Shown: positions 27,447 through 40,773 of the stretch, piece by piece | How positions within the stretch are numbered: position 1 is the stretch's first letter | How the letters are laid out: each line of letters begins with the position of its first letter | NCBI GenBank assembly: GCA_964016885.1 | Contig: OZ024742.1 | Span: 255,440,001 to 255,504,000 of the forward strand | Source: Eledone cirrhosa | Lineage: Eukaryota | Direction of reading: 5' to 3' | DNA: 64,000 nucleotides | The notes under the pieces: model-generated | Told to the model about the DNA's origin: nothing | Seen by the model: only the letters and a program-made list of their open reading frames with translations | Databases searched by the model: none | Position numbers and translations under genes: made by a program

Positions 27447-29399
27447 ATGTTAAACGAAGCTAACGAAAATAGTGGTGGGGGGCCAGCGATAAGAGTTGTA
27501 AACTCGCACGCTTTAGTCCCCTCTTCCTTCCCAACTAACGTCATAGAGAAGGAAAGAAAAAATAAAATAAAAACAGACGAATCTGCGGAGAAAAATGACG
27601 AAAACACAAATCTGGACATTGATTCCAACAACGAAAAAAAAAAAATTTGAAAAATTGCATGACAATATTAATACCACAAAGAAAGACACGACAAACACAA
27701 AAATAACATTTGAAAACAACATCATAACAGAAAGCAAAGCAGGCGACAAAGTCAACACCAATAATATTTCATTTGCACAAACAACAAAGAAATCTTTGAC
27801 ATATATACCTGAAAATATTTCAGATGTGGCACAAAGAATTACAGACGCCAAACAATACATAACTGAAGGGGAAAATGGTATTTTATCGGTAAAAATGCCT
27901 CAAGAACTCACCAAAGACATTGAAAGTCGGACGGTCGTTTTCCGCACCATCAACAACATTTCTAAAAAACATCAACAGCCAACACAAACAGAAATCAAAG
28001 CAGTACTTACAGAAGTACTTAATGAAACCACTTTCATAAGAAGAGACAGACTGTATGGAAGCCTAGCGATTATTATGAAGAACGAATCGGCGGCAAAAAA
28101 AATGTGCTTTGTCACCGATTCGTTCGACAAATTTTACCTTTTATCCATCTTATATGGGTAAAAGAACTCAGCGCATATGGCTGGATGCAATGATGCCAGA
28201 TGTGGACTACTGCTGGCTCATAGCTGGCTTCATCGATCCAGCGAATGACAACGTGATTTCCATTGGGAAAACCACAGGCAATACGTTCAGTGGAACAGGT
28301 ATAGAACTTGTAGTGCAAATGAAGCCTGAACGCATCGCCCAAATACCCGACAGAATCCTATTAGAGGGCCACGGGTATATAAACATTAGCGTGGAGGGGA
28401 GAAGGCCGTCCTGTCATATCTGTGCAGGCAGAGGGCACCTGAAGGCGGCTTGTCCCCAACTCAACAAAAAGAAAACCCTGCTACCAACACCAGCTCCACC
28501 ACCACCACAACAGATAAACAAACAACAAAACTCAGTCCCACCCAACCCGTCCCTCAGTAAAACTACACCACCACCACAACACAAATAGTCACAACACATT
28601 ACCCAAAAACAAAATACAGGCCCACCCAACCCTTCACTCAATAAAACAACACAACCACCGCAGCGACAACACACAACACAGTCTAACATAGTGACATCCA
28701 TCTCCCCCACAAAGAAAACCAACACGGAAACATTACCAGCAAACAGACCTCATCCCTCCAACACTGAAGATAACCCAACGAATTCGGAGGAAGAAACGGA
28801 GTCCTTCAGACAGATTAAAAGGAAAAAAAGAAAACGTGCAAAACACACAAGGCCAAACAACCCTTACCCAAATGTCAACACAATCCAACAAAACACAAAA
28901 CACCCCTCCAGCAACAAACAAAACCAAACCTGCCCCTCCCCTCTTCGAAACACTCACACCATCCGAAAAAAAGGCATTACACTATACTTACATCAACAGA
29001 AACAATAATAAATTAAATGAACTCATAAACAATAATCCTTCGGTACAAACCGAAGGTGTAAACTTTGTTTCTTCAGAAAACTACCCACATTTAAAATGAA
29101 TAAAGATCCCAATGAACCTCTACCAAAAACTAAAAAAGGATTTTAAGGAGGACGTAGGACCACCCTCTGTCAAACCCATAAACCGCCTCCTACTAAAAAG
29201 CTTTCCCCCTCCCCTTCCCCTCCCCAACACAACTCCAAACACCCCAACCGCACCACACACTGACGACCCACACCACCACAAGACACCCCTTCACCCAACA
29301 CCCCCGACCCCATGGAAGTCGTGCGACCCGAACCCCGGGAAGCAGAAAGGTAGGTCTCTACACTCTCCTTTGGCTTTGCCGCCCACATGGATGTGTTAA
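27447..29399 (+). pseudogene. Tx1-like ORF1 (frameshifted)
   Basis: Pieces 27447-27650, 27595-28161 and 28109-28588 (SVEGRRPSCHICAGRGHLKAAC), then a Pro/Thr-rich tail. Confidence 0.85.
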
Positions 29400-32300
29400 T
29401 AGTAGGATTTTTGAATGCACGTGGGCTGGGCTCAACTTGGAAGCAAGCAAAGCTTCTAAATGACCTCAGGTCACGTGGTATAAATGTAATGGTTATCTGT
29501 GAGACTCGGATCAGCGTCGTCCGGCAGCTGGCCCCCTACCTTCGATGACTTTGAGGTGCATGCATCTCTCTGTCAACCTGGAGGTGGGGGTGGGGTTGTC
29601 GTACTGCTGGAAAAACACCTGGGTCTCGCCGTACAGGTTGTTCACTCGGACCCGGAGGGTCGTTTGTTGGTGCTAGACGTTGGCAGTAGTGAAGGTGCGG
29701 CCTTGAGACTGGTCGCCGTCTACTCCCCTTTCGGAGCTGAACGGCCCGACTTCTTCCAGCGTTTGGAGACTTTTCTGGGAACGTCGCGTTCCCTGCTTCT
29801 AGCGGGGGATTGGAATGACATCCTAGATGCACGTTGGGACTATGCAAGAGCATGTCCTAATAGAGGGGGTGTAACAGCCTCAAGGGGTTACTCGACCGTT
29901 TTAACTTGGTCGATAGATATCGACTAGATTTTCCAACTGTGCCAACCTGGACTTGGACGAACCACAGTGGTCAATCTAGATCGTACTTAGATAGATTCTT
30001 AGTTAGAAGTAAGGATAGGGACATATTACGCTGTCCAGAAATGCTCACGGTTGGCTATACGGATCACAAATTAGTGACCTGCGTAGTCAATCTCGAGAAA
30101 ACACATAAACAGGGTCCCGGTTACTGGAAACTTAATTTGTCTTTACCGGCAACAGAGACTTACAGAAACCGGATTAGCAGATTAGTTAAGGAGAGGTTGA
30201 CGGGTGCAATCGTCAACAACCGATGGTGGGCATCTCTCAAAAGAGAGATTAGAACAGAATCAATAAGTTATAGCAAGATGTTAGCTGCCGATAGGAATAG
30301 AAACGAGAAAGAATTAACAGGTAAATTAAAAGAGGCAATCAAGAGCGAAGATGTGGCCAGAGTGCTGGCATCGAGGACGGCGTTGAACCAGTTTTTCGAT
30401 GCAAAGCACGAAGGCTGCGCCATTCGAAGTAAAATACGTGCTCTAGGTAATGAGGGGGCCAAAGCCGTTGGCTGGGCCTGCGTGACAGAAGCTAAGATTG
30501 GAAATCGATCCACCATCCGGTCTTTGCAAGACGAGGATGGACGGGTGATCCGGGAGCCTAAGCAGATGTGCGAGGCCTTTCAAAGGCACTTTGCCCGATT
30601 ATTCGGGGGAGGCGAGGGTCCGGGCGGGGACGTGGATTTCGGTCCATACCTCGACGGCCTGCCGCATCTCTCGAGCGAAGAGGCAGAGTCCTGTGAGGGA
30701 CCAATCTCGGCTTATGAGATCGGGGATGCGCTGAGCCAATGCAGCAGACGCAAATCTCCAGGTCTCGATGGTATACCTTACGAACTTTATTTAGCAATGC
30801 CGGTCTTCTCAGAACTCCTCGAAGCGGTCTACTGCAATTGGCAGCAGAACGGGAGAATTCCTTGTTCTGTAGCCAAGGGCGTAGTCTCGCTGGTGAGGAA
30901 GGACGAGAACAAGGGGGATAGTATAAATAATTTTCGGCCCATAACCCTGCTAAACACAGAGTTAAAGATTTTGGCCAAGGTGTTAGCAAAGAGGTTGGCG
31001 CTTGTCGTGGGTGGTCTGGTGCGAGACGCGCAGACATGTGCTATCCCATCCAGGTCCATTCACGATAACCTCAACCTCATGCGATACATCATAGGGAGGG
31101 TTGGCAACAAACCCGGCTTCGGTGGGGCCCTGATCAACTTGGATCAGTCTAAGGCCTTCGATAGGGTCGACCATGGTTACCTGGATGCGGTGCTAGCGGC
31201 GGCTGGGTTCGGTCCTGTTTTCAGAGGCTGGATCACTGCCTTACATAGCAACCACATCTGTTCTAGGATCAAGGTGAACGGCTACCTTTCGAAGTCGTTC
31301 GAAATCACACGATCCATTCGACAGGGGTGCCCTCTCTCCTCCCTTCTGTACGTATTGACTCTCGAGCCTTTACTGAGGAAGTTGGAGTTGTTGCAGGGTA
31401 TCCCCCTGGAACCAGGATTGAGCAAAGCGGTGTCGGCCTACGCCGATGACGTAACAGTAATGGTATCGACCGACTCGGAGATCGAGGCGATCGGTACCTT
31501 ACTGGAGGATTACGAAAGGTTGTCAGGAGCGAAACTGAACCGGGAAAAATCCATCGGGCTGCAACTCGGAACGTGGAGAGGCAGACCGATGCCTCCCTAC
31601 GGTGTCGTCGGACACTGGACGGAGGGCCCGGTAAAGTTGCTTGGGGTCTGGTTTGGACCGGACCTCAAGGTGGAAAAGAACTGGAACGAGGTTACGAACA
31701 AGGTGTTTGCACTAACCCAGAAATGGGCCAAGTGTAAGCTGTCCCTAAAAGGCCGGGCGGAGGTGGCGAACATTTACATAGCGTCCGTCACTTACTACCG
31801 CCTGACTGTCGTGCATTGCCCTAAGGAAACACTCACCACCATGGAACGCATGATCTTCCAATTTCTTTTGAAGAAGCGCCCTCCTATGGTGAGAAGATCC
31901 ATCTGCTGCCAACAACCTTCGAAAGGAGGGCTGGGGATGCCGTGGTTGATGATGCGTAGGCATGCATTAAGGCTACGGCACCTACAGGTATTCCTCACTG
32001 GTCAACCGGTGTGGGCTCCGTTCGTGAAACGAGCCTTTCCGAGACTCGTCTCGCTCACCGAGCTGCAGTCCTGGGTCAAGCAAAGATCCGGAAAACTGGG
32101 AGACTGGCACACTGAGTGTGCCCAGGCGCTCAGGGCTCTCTGGCAAGCGGGCCAGGCCATCGGTGGAGAATCCACCTCATCATTCTATAGAGGGCTGACG
32201 GCTAGCAGGGGCGATGACACCCTTGGAGAGTCGCTGGACATGGAAGAGGACGAACTGGCCAGCCTGTTCGGTAGGACTTTCGGCCCGGGACCAATGGACA

Positions 32301-32827
32301 ACTTCCAGAAGTCACTAGCCTGGCAGTGCTACCGGGAGGGCTCTACCTACCCGTTCGAGAGAGACTCTACAGACACGGGACACCCGGGCAGGGATCCCTC
32401 GAAAAAGATTTGCCCTAGATGCGTGCGTCACGAAGAAACCGTTGCGCACGCATTGGTGCAATGTCCGGGCGTGGCTGATCTGTGGGGCTACGCCGAACGA
32501 CTGCTGTCGCGGGTGGCGCCGATTCGATTGACCGCCGAGTCCGTGATGACAATCAAGCCGCCTCCCCTCTTCACAAAGGAAGTAAAGGCGGTTTTTCTGT
32601 GCGTAATAGCCATGTTGAAAGAGGTTGTTTGGTGGACACGATTGAAAGGTCTGAGGTCAGGCAACTTCCTCTCTGGCCATAGTCTGGTCTACTTCTTCCG
32701 ATATCACTTCGGAAGAAGGATAAGAATGGAGAGAGAGGTGCTTGGCCACAGGCAGTTTTATGAAAGGTGGGTGATAGTGGCGTGAATGGCTCGTGTAAAT
32801 GGGCCTTCTCTGTATACCATCCTGTAG
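29387..32827 (+). pseudogene. Tx1-like ORF2: AP endonuclease, RT and C-terminal Zn finger
   Basis: GFLNARG, GDWN, YLDR, KSPGLDG, FRPITLLN, DQSKAFDRVDH, RQGCPLS, YADD, CPRC..HEETVAHALVQC. Frameshifts near 29535 and 29870; premature TGA at 32783. Confidence 0.95.
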
Positions 32828-33193
32828 GTAAAGAAGTGAAGGAGAGGAGAGCACCTTCTCCATGTGCTCCCCGGGCAAAGGATTGCACACTTTTTCGGGG
32901 GTGTGTGTAACCCCCATCACGTCCCCTCCCTTTTGAGGTTGTTTTCGATTATTTTAATTTATACCCTTTTTACTCGATTTTATGTAAACTCCCTCTTTGT
33001 ATTTGTCCCTTCTTTTTTATGCCTTTATGGTAAATAAAGAAATATATCTATCTATCTATCTACATATCTATCTATCTATATATACATATATATATATGGA
33101 GAGAGAAGAAGGGAGAGAGAGAGAGCGAGACAGAGAGAGTGATATGAACTCGCTCGCGACGCCAAATGGTTTCGCTTGGTATCACGGTCGTGT

Positions 33194-33294
<101 letters not shown>

Positions 33295-34066
33295 GAAAAT
33301 TTGAACAGGGACAGAACAGAGAGGCAGTACAATAAATGTTTATTAAATTCACGCTCAGGAGAGTGGGGGTAGGTGGGGGACGACGTTTCGGGCATAAGCC
33401 CGAATGTATATATATATATATATTAACAATGTTATAAGGAAACTGGTAACATACGGAGATTAATCAACCAGATACTTGTATATATCCCAACGTTCCGATA
33501 TATATATAATTTGTTTCTTCCAACACAGGTTACTGAACTCTACAGCCAACTAAGGTTAGTGACTTCAAACTTCTACCAGAGTCTGCAAGATTGTTGCTCA
33601 GTTCTCGATTATATCTCTTATGACTTCAAACACTAATAACAAGCTGGTTGGTTTCAAATTTCAAAACGCAAATTTTTACCAACTAGATAAAATTAGGAAT
33701 CATAATAATTGTTTCTACCTTTGGCACAAGGCTAGCAATTAACCCCAGTGTATTACTGGTACATTATTTTATCGACCCCGTAAGGATGAAAGGCAAAGTT
33801 AATTAGGAATCATAATAATACACGTTGCGCATTGTATCTCAACCTACACACACACACACACACCCATTCATACATACATACATATATACATACATACAAA
33901 CATACACACATACATGCATACATACATATATATATATACACACACACATATATATATATATTTGTACACACACATATATATATATATATGTATATATATA
34001 TACACACACATATATATATGTACATATATATATACATACACACACATATATATATATATATATATG

Positions 34067-34136
<70 letters not shown>

Positions 34137-34230
34137 CGTGTGTGTAAAAGGTAAACAGAAATAACAGCACAATCGGTACAGTATATGAAAGGAATATATT
34201 AGGTTAACGCTTGATATAGCAGAAAGAGGG

Positions 34231-34266
34231 TCTTGACGTTTCGGACGCTAGTCCTACATCAGAAGA
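34231..34266 (-). ncRNA. Minimal type I hammerhead ribozyme motif
   Basis: TCTT-CTGATG(T)A-GGAC-tagc-GTCC-GAAACGTC-AAGA, with palindromic ACGT stem III and a GUC site. Confidence 0.7.
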
Positions 34267-34387
34267 AAGACTCAGAAATAAAATAAATTGAAGGGACGGG
34301 CGGGTTGGAATTGGAAAATAATGTCTTTAGATAAAAATAACTGGTCGATTCATGTTGACATCTCTTGGAAAACTATATATATATATT

Positions 34388-34602
34388 GTTATACTTTGGG
34401 AGGGTCATGTTGCCAATAAGAAACACACGCACCAGTTGCTTTCACTTCAATTTATTATAATAAATTTATAATAAATTTATAAATTTATAAATTTCTGGTT
34501 GGTTGGTTGGATCCACAACCAGATAGTTGTTTATATATTGTCATAGTTCTTTCGTCACACACTCTGTGACCTCTTCAGTGACTGGGGATTCCTTTCTTTG
34601 TT
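34388..34602 (-). mobile_element. Solo pLTR of the 5.7-6.6 kb Penelope family, with a hammerhead at 34540-34582
   Basis: Direct match to 5747-5960. GTCA-CTGAAGAG-GTCAC...GTGAC-GAAAGAACTA-TGAC. Confidence 0.85.
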
Positions 34603-34611
34603 TCAGAAACG

Positions 34612-34646
<35 letters not shown>

Positions 34647-35324
34647 CACACACACACACATATATATATGCGCAATGTGCGTTATTATGATTAGCGGATT
34701 GGCAGTATCGGTAAAGAGTCAGATACCATGCTTTGTAGCATTGAGTTATGGTCCTTTACGTTTTGTATTCAAATCCCGCCGAGGTTAACTTTTCATTTCA
34801 TCCTTACGGGTTCGATAAAATAATGTACCAGTAATACACTGGGGGTAATTGCTAGCCTTGTGCCAAATGTAGAAGCAATATTATGATTCATAATTTTATT
34901 TAGTTGGTAATAATTTGCGTTTTGAAATTTGAAACCAACCAGCTTGTTATTAGTGTTTGAAGTCATAAGAGATATAATCGAGAACTGAGCAACAATCTTG
35001 CAGACTCTGGTAGAAGTTTGAAGTCACTAACCTTAGTTGGCTGTAGAGTTCAGTAACCTGTGTTTGAAGAAACAAATTATATATATATCGGAACGTTCGG
35101 TCATTTACAGATGATATCTGGTTGATTAATCTCCGTATGTTACCAGTTTCCCTATTACATTGTTAATATATATGTATTGATCATGGAATGTAATAAATAT
35201 ACTTTGTTCAATAAGACATCTATGAAGTCATGGCGATAAAATCGAATACAAATATTTACAAAATGAAAAAGTCTGCCTCAATTATGTAGGTTCCTAATGA
35301 TATTTATAATAATACTCCTATTGC

Positions 35325-35505
35325 TACCGCAAGCGAGTGGCTTAGGGATTATGGCGTTCAGCTCACGCTCTAAAAGCTGTGAGATCGATTCACAGTGGTG
35401 CATTATGGTCATGAGTAAGACGCTATATTTCAAGTTGCTTGTGTCCATTCCCCGGTCAAAAATTAGTTGTATTTGTGATTCAAAGGGCCAGCCATGTTAC
35501 ACCAG
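35325..35505 (+). mobile_element. Degraded SINE (family C)
   Basis: gagtggcttag A-box-like, gagatcgattc B-box-like, and a gattcaaagggccagcc tail. Confidence 0.45.
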
Positions 35506-35871
35506 GACATTAGAAATTGTTTGTAGAAGCACACTTATTTTAGACGAGCCAGTAAAACGCAAGTTTGAAACATTCAAAAACAGAAACATTTAACTCCATT
35601 ATAACTAATCTTGTCTTTTACCTTTGTCTTATCTTTGCTTCTTTTCCCTCGACTTTTTCTTTTCTTTCTTCTTTTCCTCCTTCTCTCTCTATCTTGCTTC
35701 TGCTTTTTAATTATAAGGGTATTATCTACATTTTGTAGCTGCCATAGCTCTACACGGACGTTTGAAATGATTAAATAAATAATTAAATAAGGAGTGGACT
35801 TGAAATTAAATAAAGACAAGGAAAATAACACTTTACACTTTTACCTTATATTTTGGAGCTAATACAGTAAT

Positions 35872-36088
35872 AATTGTTTCTACTATAGGCACAAGGCTAG
35901 CAATTTTTGGGGAGAGGAAAGTCGATTAAATAGAACCCAGTACATTACTGGTGCTTATTTTATCGACCCCGTAAGGATAAAAGGCAAAGTTAACGTCGGC
36001 GTAATTTGACCTCAGAACGTAAAGGTCCGTAACTCTGTGCCACTAAGTATGTTGTCCGACGCTCTACCTATACTGCCAATCCACCGAC
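35872..36088 (-). mobile_element. SINE family A
   Basis: Full head, core and tail on the minus strand. Confidence 0.88.
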
Positions 36089-36424
36089 CTAAGACAGTAT
36101 AGTTTATATGAAACATGCTGAAATATTTGGTTAGGATTGTTTGGGAAATCTGGTACAATATGAATTAGAAATACACGAATGAAAATAGAAATAAAGTAAA
36201 ATAAACAAAATAAAAATATTTATATTTTTATCTTATATTTCAAGATATTTCTAAATAAAGGAAATTGAGTATGATGGTGGGGGCGTCGATTTTCTTTTAT
36301 TTCTTACACACAACGTAAAGTAAAACTCTTCAGATTTTAGGTAGAATAATTTAAAATTAATTATACTGTTCATGCTTTGTAGATATGAGTCAAAATATAA
36401 CATAATTATAGAAATATGTTATGT

Positions 36425-38100
36425 GGGTGGTGGTTAGGGTTTGAGTTGGACGTTCCGTTTAATCAAGGATAGTGATGTGACTGCAGAGCGTCTCCTGTCC
36501 AGAGAAAGTGATTGTCGCTGTGTCTACAGCTTGCTGTGCACACATGCATATGGCCTCTCCATAAGTGAGTCTCCAGCACTACCTTCCCATTGTACCTCCT
36601 GTTTCTACAGAGCTTGCTGCAGGCGCAACTGAGTACCCAGCGGTATAACTGGGCGATGGGCAGGCTGGACTTATATTAGCCTTGGTTGGCAACCAGCCTA
36701 GGTGGAGGGCTGTCACTTGACCCCCATTGCCTCCGGGGCAAGTTTTTGAGGCAGAGGCTAGAAGGACACTCTGATGTAAAAGATACAGCTTCGTATTCGC
36801 CCCAGTACTCTCAGCACACTGAGTCACTGGGGATGGATTCAATATCCTAAAGAGTGGGACCGATTTGCGCGCACTAACTTTCACTTAAAAAAACCCAGCG
36901 AGCGCAGGCGAGGAGTTATTGTTATTAAAATTTCTACAGCAATGGGGAAGTGGCGAACAGACAGGAAATTGCAGTCTCAACTCAGCATGTAGGTGGCTCA
37001 GATGTATGGATTGGTTGCATGCTGAGCGAGACAATAGCAGCATTCGGCAGCACTCTGGGTGACCAAGCAGCTAACTAAAGGGACAACACTGCTTGTTCCA
37101 CAAGGAGGTGGTCTAAACAGGCTTGTCTCACCCACACCTGGTTGGCTCACAGTGGCCAACGGGCATCTTATCGCAGCGGTGGAAACAAGAAGAAAATTAC
37201 AAAGAAAATTAGAAAGATGAGAACTCTCAACCTAGCATGTTGGAATGTTCGTACCATGCAGGGTTCTGATGATAGAGGTTCTGATCATAGAGGCGCTGAG
37301 CACTAGTAGTCAAGGAGCTGGATCGACTGAACATTGACATTGCTGCCGTGAGCGAGGTTCGCCTGGCCGAGCAGGGGTTCCTACTAGAACATGGTGCATG
37401 CTACACCTTGTACTGCTCTGGCAACACCAAAGACGATTCTAGGTGTCTGGAATTGGTTTCATAATAAAAAGAAAAATCAGCATCACTAACTCCTCTAGGG
37501 AGCTGAAAGCTCAGTCTGTACCGGAAGCAGATCAAGCTACTGGAAAGATTCAATCAGTGATGGCTTCCCTCCATCATGGGCATCCGTTGGCAGGACTATG
37601 TAATCAGCGAGGAAGTTCTCAAGAGGGCCGATATCACAAGCATTGAGAACATGCTGATGCTGAGACAGGCCATATCTCGCGCATGAACGACTCTAGGATG
37701 CCAAAGGCAGTTTTCTACGGGGAACACGTGAAGGCAAGTGAAAATAAGACCCCACACCCGAATACGCTTCAAGGACCAACTCAAGTGTCAGCTGATCCAA
37801 GCAATACTGATCACATGGAATGGTAACACCTGGCAGAAGACAGATAGAAATGGAGAGCGACCATCAAAACAGCTGCAACCAGCTTTGAGGTGGGTAGGAA
37901 GGCGACAGCTGAAAAGAAATCATCAATGGAAAAAGGTGTCCGCTACCCAAACACTAACCGACCAAGTACACACTTGCCCCAACTCTATCAGGGCCTGTTG
38001 GTCGGAGGTTAGCCTCTACAGCCACCCCAGGGCTTATCGCTGCACAGAACAGTGCAACAATTCTTCCCACTGATCTCGCAAGCAAAGAATTCACCAATCA
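36425..38100 (+). mobile_element. RTE-clade LINE with a large internal deletion (RT core missing)
   Basis: From 37217: MRTLNLACWNVRTM...ELDRLNIDIAAVSEVRLAEQG...YTLY (APE N-terminus). Joined near 37470 to the C-terminus GIRWQDYV..EEVLKRA...RMNDSRMPKAVFYGE...RFKDQLK. Long GC-richer 5'UTR. Confidence 0.85.
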
Positions 38101-38288
38101 TTCATTAATGTTATCAAATATGAATAGGGATGGGTGTGTAATTAAGGAGTTCGCTTCAGAACTATGCAGTTCTAGGTATCCTGCTGGTGTACGAAATCTT
38201 GGCCTTACTATAAACATTATTTGACCAATGCGAACATTTGCTAAAGAAAAACTGCAGACGCCTATCTTACACATACGCATGCCCATCC

Positions 38289-38332
<44 letters not shown>

Positions 38333-38335
<3 letters not shown>

Positions 38336-39861
38336 TAGAACACTGGAAGGTAATATCCGTAGTGGTAGAGCACTCAGTCCATGGGACGAGTTAGGTAGAA
38401 GTGGTAACACAACAGTTAGTTCACCATACCTAGAACAATTGTTTCACCTTAGCGGATACTCAGCTCGGACTGGTCATGGTTATACGGAATAGGAAGAACA
38501 ACCGCATGAACGTACATGCGCAGAAACGGTCACTTCACTCAAGCGATACAATGCCACGAGCGAAAGGTGTAAGGGAGATAACTAAGAGCGAGGCGTTTCT
38601 CACCCTGAAGGATCACAAGGTAGACTTTGCTTCTAATCCCACGTGTAGACTACTAAACCCAGCGCGCACGGATATGAGACTAGTCAGTAAGGCTATACTT
38701 AGAAAAATAGTTAAGGCCATTAGGACCAAGTCCAACTTGTTCCAGTGGGAGAACAGCGACACCATCATTAAGTGGTTTAACTCCATCAACTCCAAAAAAG
38801 CGAAGTTCATGCAATTCGATATTGTAGATTTTTACCCGTCGATCTCAGAGACCCTGTTAAACCAAGCGTTGGACTTTGCTACCACTTACACTACCGCCCA
38901 AGTTTTAGACAGGGAAATCATCGCACACTCCCGGAAAACCCTCCTCTTCAACAACGGAGTAGCCTGGGCAAAAAAGTCAACCACTTCAGAACGTTAGGTA
39001 ACATCGGCTTTTCGCAACCAATTACGTACTCCCCCACTAACAACAACAGCAATAAAAATACCGCTCCTTCTTTAACAGACAAAGATTAAAACTAGGATAC
39101 TCCTGCGATAAGAATATGAAGCCCACATCACCAACAGTCCTAAGAGCGGCACCCCACCAGGGTTCTCTTGCCGAAAACCTGAAGCTTGTCCCCTTCAACA
39201 GCAATGCAACACACCCACTGTAGTTTATGAAGCTGTGGTCACTTCCAACCGACCAAATGAACCACAGGAGGTCAAATCCTATGTGGGTATGGCGGAGGGC
39301 CGATTTAAGGAATGCTTCCTGAACCATCAGTCGACCTTTAGGTACCCGGACAAACGATCATCTATGAAACTCGCGAGCCAGGTATGGTCCCTCAAGGACT
39401 CAAGTATAGACTACGCCATTCAATGGAAAACCATCACTAGTCCAAGCCGTAGGCAAGGGGCAATCCGTCTTGTGGACTGTGTATTGATGAACGGATAAAC
39501 ATTCTAAGGAGATTACGCAATAGCGATTGCCTAAATTCAAGAAAAGAAATCTTCACACGTTGTCCACACGTCTGGAAACACCTCTTACATAACTACAAAG
39601 CTCCTGATTGAATAACAACAACATTTTAATTTTCTTATCAACTCGAACTACTTTTCGGACTTTCGCAGTTGTTTCCCTTACACATTTCGCCCGTGGCATT
39701 GTATCGCTTGGGTGAAGTGACTGTTTCTGTGCATGCGCGTTCATGCGCGTTCATGCGGTTGTTCTTCCTATTCCGTATAACCATAACCAGTCCGAGCTGA
39801 GGATCCGCTAAGATGAAACAATTGTTCTCGGTATGGTGAACTAACTGTTGTGTTACCACTT
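38333..39861 (+). mobile_element. Internally deleted Penelope-like element (probably Naiad-type) with inverted pLTRs, in (TA)n
   Basis: RT part TLKDHK...CRLLNPA...QWENS...FDIVDFYPSIS; then GYSC, CRKPEACPL..C, VVY..YVG, CGLC..E and LN.RKEIF.RCPH. Arms 38399-38583 and 39667-39861. Clade is from recall. Confidence 0.88.
39792..39831 (+). ncRNA. Minimal type I hammerhead ribozyme motif
   Basis: CCGAG-CTGAGGA-tccgctaagat-GAA-ACAATTGT-T-CTCGG, with palindromic stem III and weak stem II. Related copies at 17757-17797, 18006-18046, 38429-38468 and 39952-39992. Confidence 0.65.
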
Positions 39862-39885
39862 ATATATATATATATATATAGAAGA

Positions 39886-40087
39886 GGTTCCACAACAGTT
39901 AGTTCACCATACCAGGAACAAATGTTTCACATCATTCGGATCCTTTTTAGACCGAGCTGGGGAGCCGAATAAGGTGAAACATTTGTTCGTGGTGTGGTGA
40001 ACTAAATGTAGTGAAGTACTTCTACCAAACTCGTCCCACGGACTGAGTGTTCTACTACTACGGATATAACCCACCAATGTTCTACTA

Positions 40088-40088
<1 letters not shown>
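39886..40088 (+). mobile_element. pLTR fragment with a short inverted copy
   Basis: ttagttcaccataccaggaacaaatgtttcac pairs with gtgaaacatttgttcgtggtgtggtgaactaa. Confidence 0.75.
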
Positions 40089-40157
<69 letters not shown>

Positions 40158-40461
40158 ATGCGCGCGCGCGCGCGCGTGTGTGTGTGTGTGTATATATTTC
40201 ATAATATACTGTATGTTTATTTAAAAACATTTTGAAGACCATTCACTATGAATTTTAAAGTAGTGTCTACGTCACTTATAAGGTCTCGGCAAAAGCAAAT
40301 GGAAGTAATCGACGGCCGTTTCTCGCTCGTTAGCGGTTGTCAAGATTATAGAGTTATAGAAGCTGGATTCTTATAGAATTCCAGTAATGTTTAAGAGCTG
40401 ATTAAACAGAGCGGTAGCCGGTCCAGCAAAATTTAGGAATTTGTATTGGTGCTCTGAAATA

Positions 40462-40527
<66 letters not shown>

Positions 40528-40718
40528 AGCAAATTATAAATGTAAACATGTAAGTATGTTTTTGAAACGGTGCGCGAGGTTGAAAATTAGAAATTATAAG
40601 CTTTCACCGTATTTTAGACTAAAGAAATTTCTAGCCTGATAGTGGGGTTTATAACCCTCGGAGAAATGGAAAAAGATGAGCGTTGCCGTACAGGGGGGTC
40701 GAAACCACATCTTTGGTT

Positions 40719-40773
<55 letters not shown>

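Larger units (their letters stand above)
27305..33042 (+). mobile_element. Near full-length L1/Tx1-like non-LTR retrotransposon (copy 1), with a (TATC)n tail
   Basis: ORF1 remnants, ORF2 with APE, RT and Zn finger, and a 3' end gcctttatggtaaataaagaaat followed by (TATC)n. Confidence 0.93.
33418..35170. repeat. Long inverted repeat (~400-bp arms) that includes a family A SINE
   Basis: 33418-33831 and 34668-35170 are highly similar reverse complements. SINEs lie at 33709-33802 (-) and 34692-34880 (+). Confidence 0.92.

Noticed and set aside
36425-37000. HDV-like ribozyme in the RTE 5'UTR (also sought near Dong 51880-51980)
   Set aside because: The nested double pseudoknot could not be built by eye; a descriptor search is needed.
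39160-39610. Selenocysteine (UGA) recoding, as reported for some Naiad elements
   Set aside because: The Cys positions read are TGT/TGC (one TTC), with no in-frame TGA.
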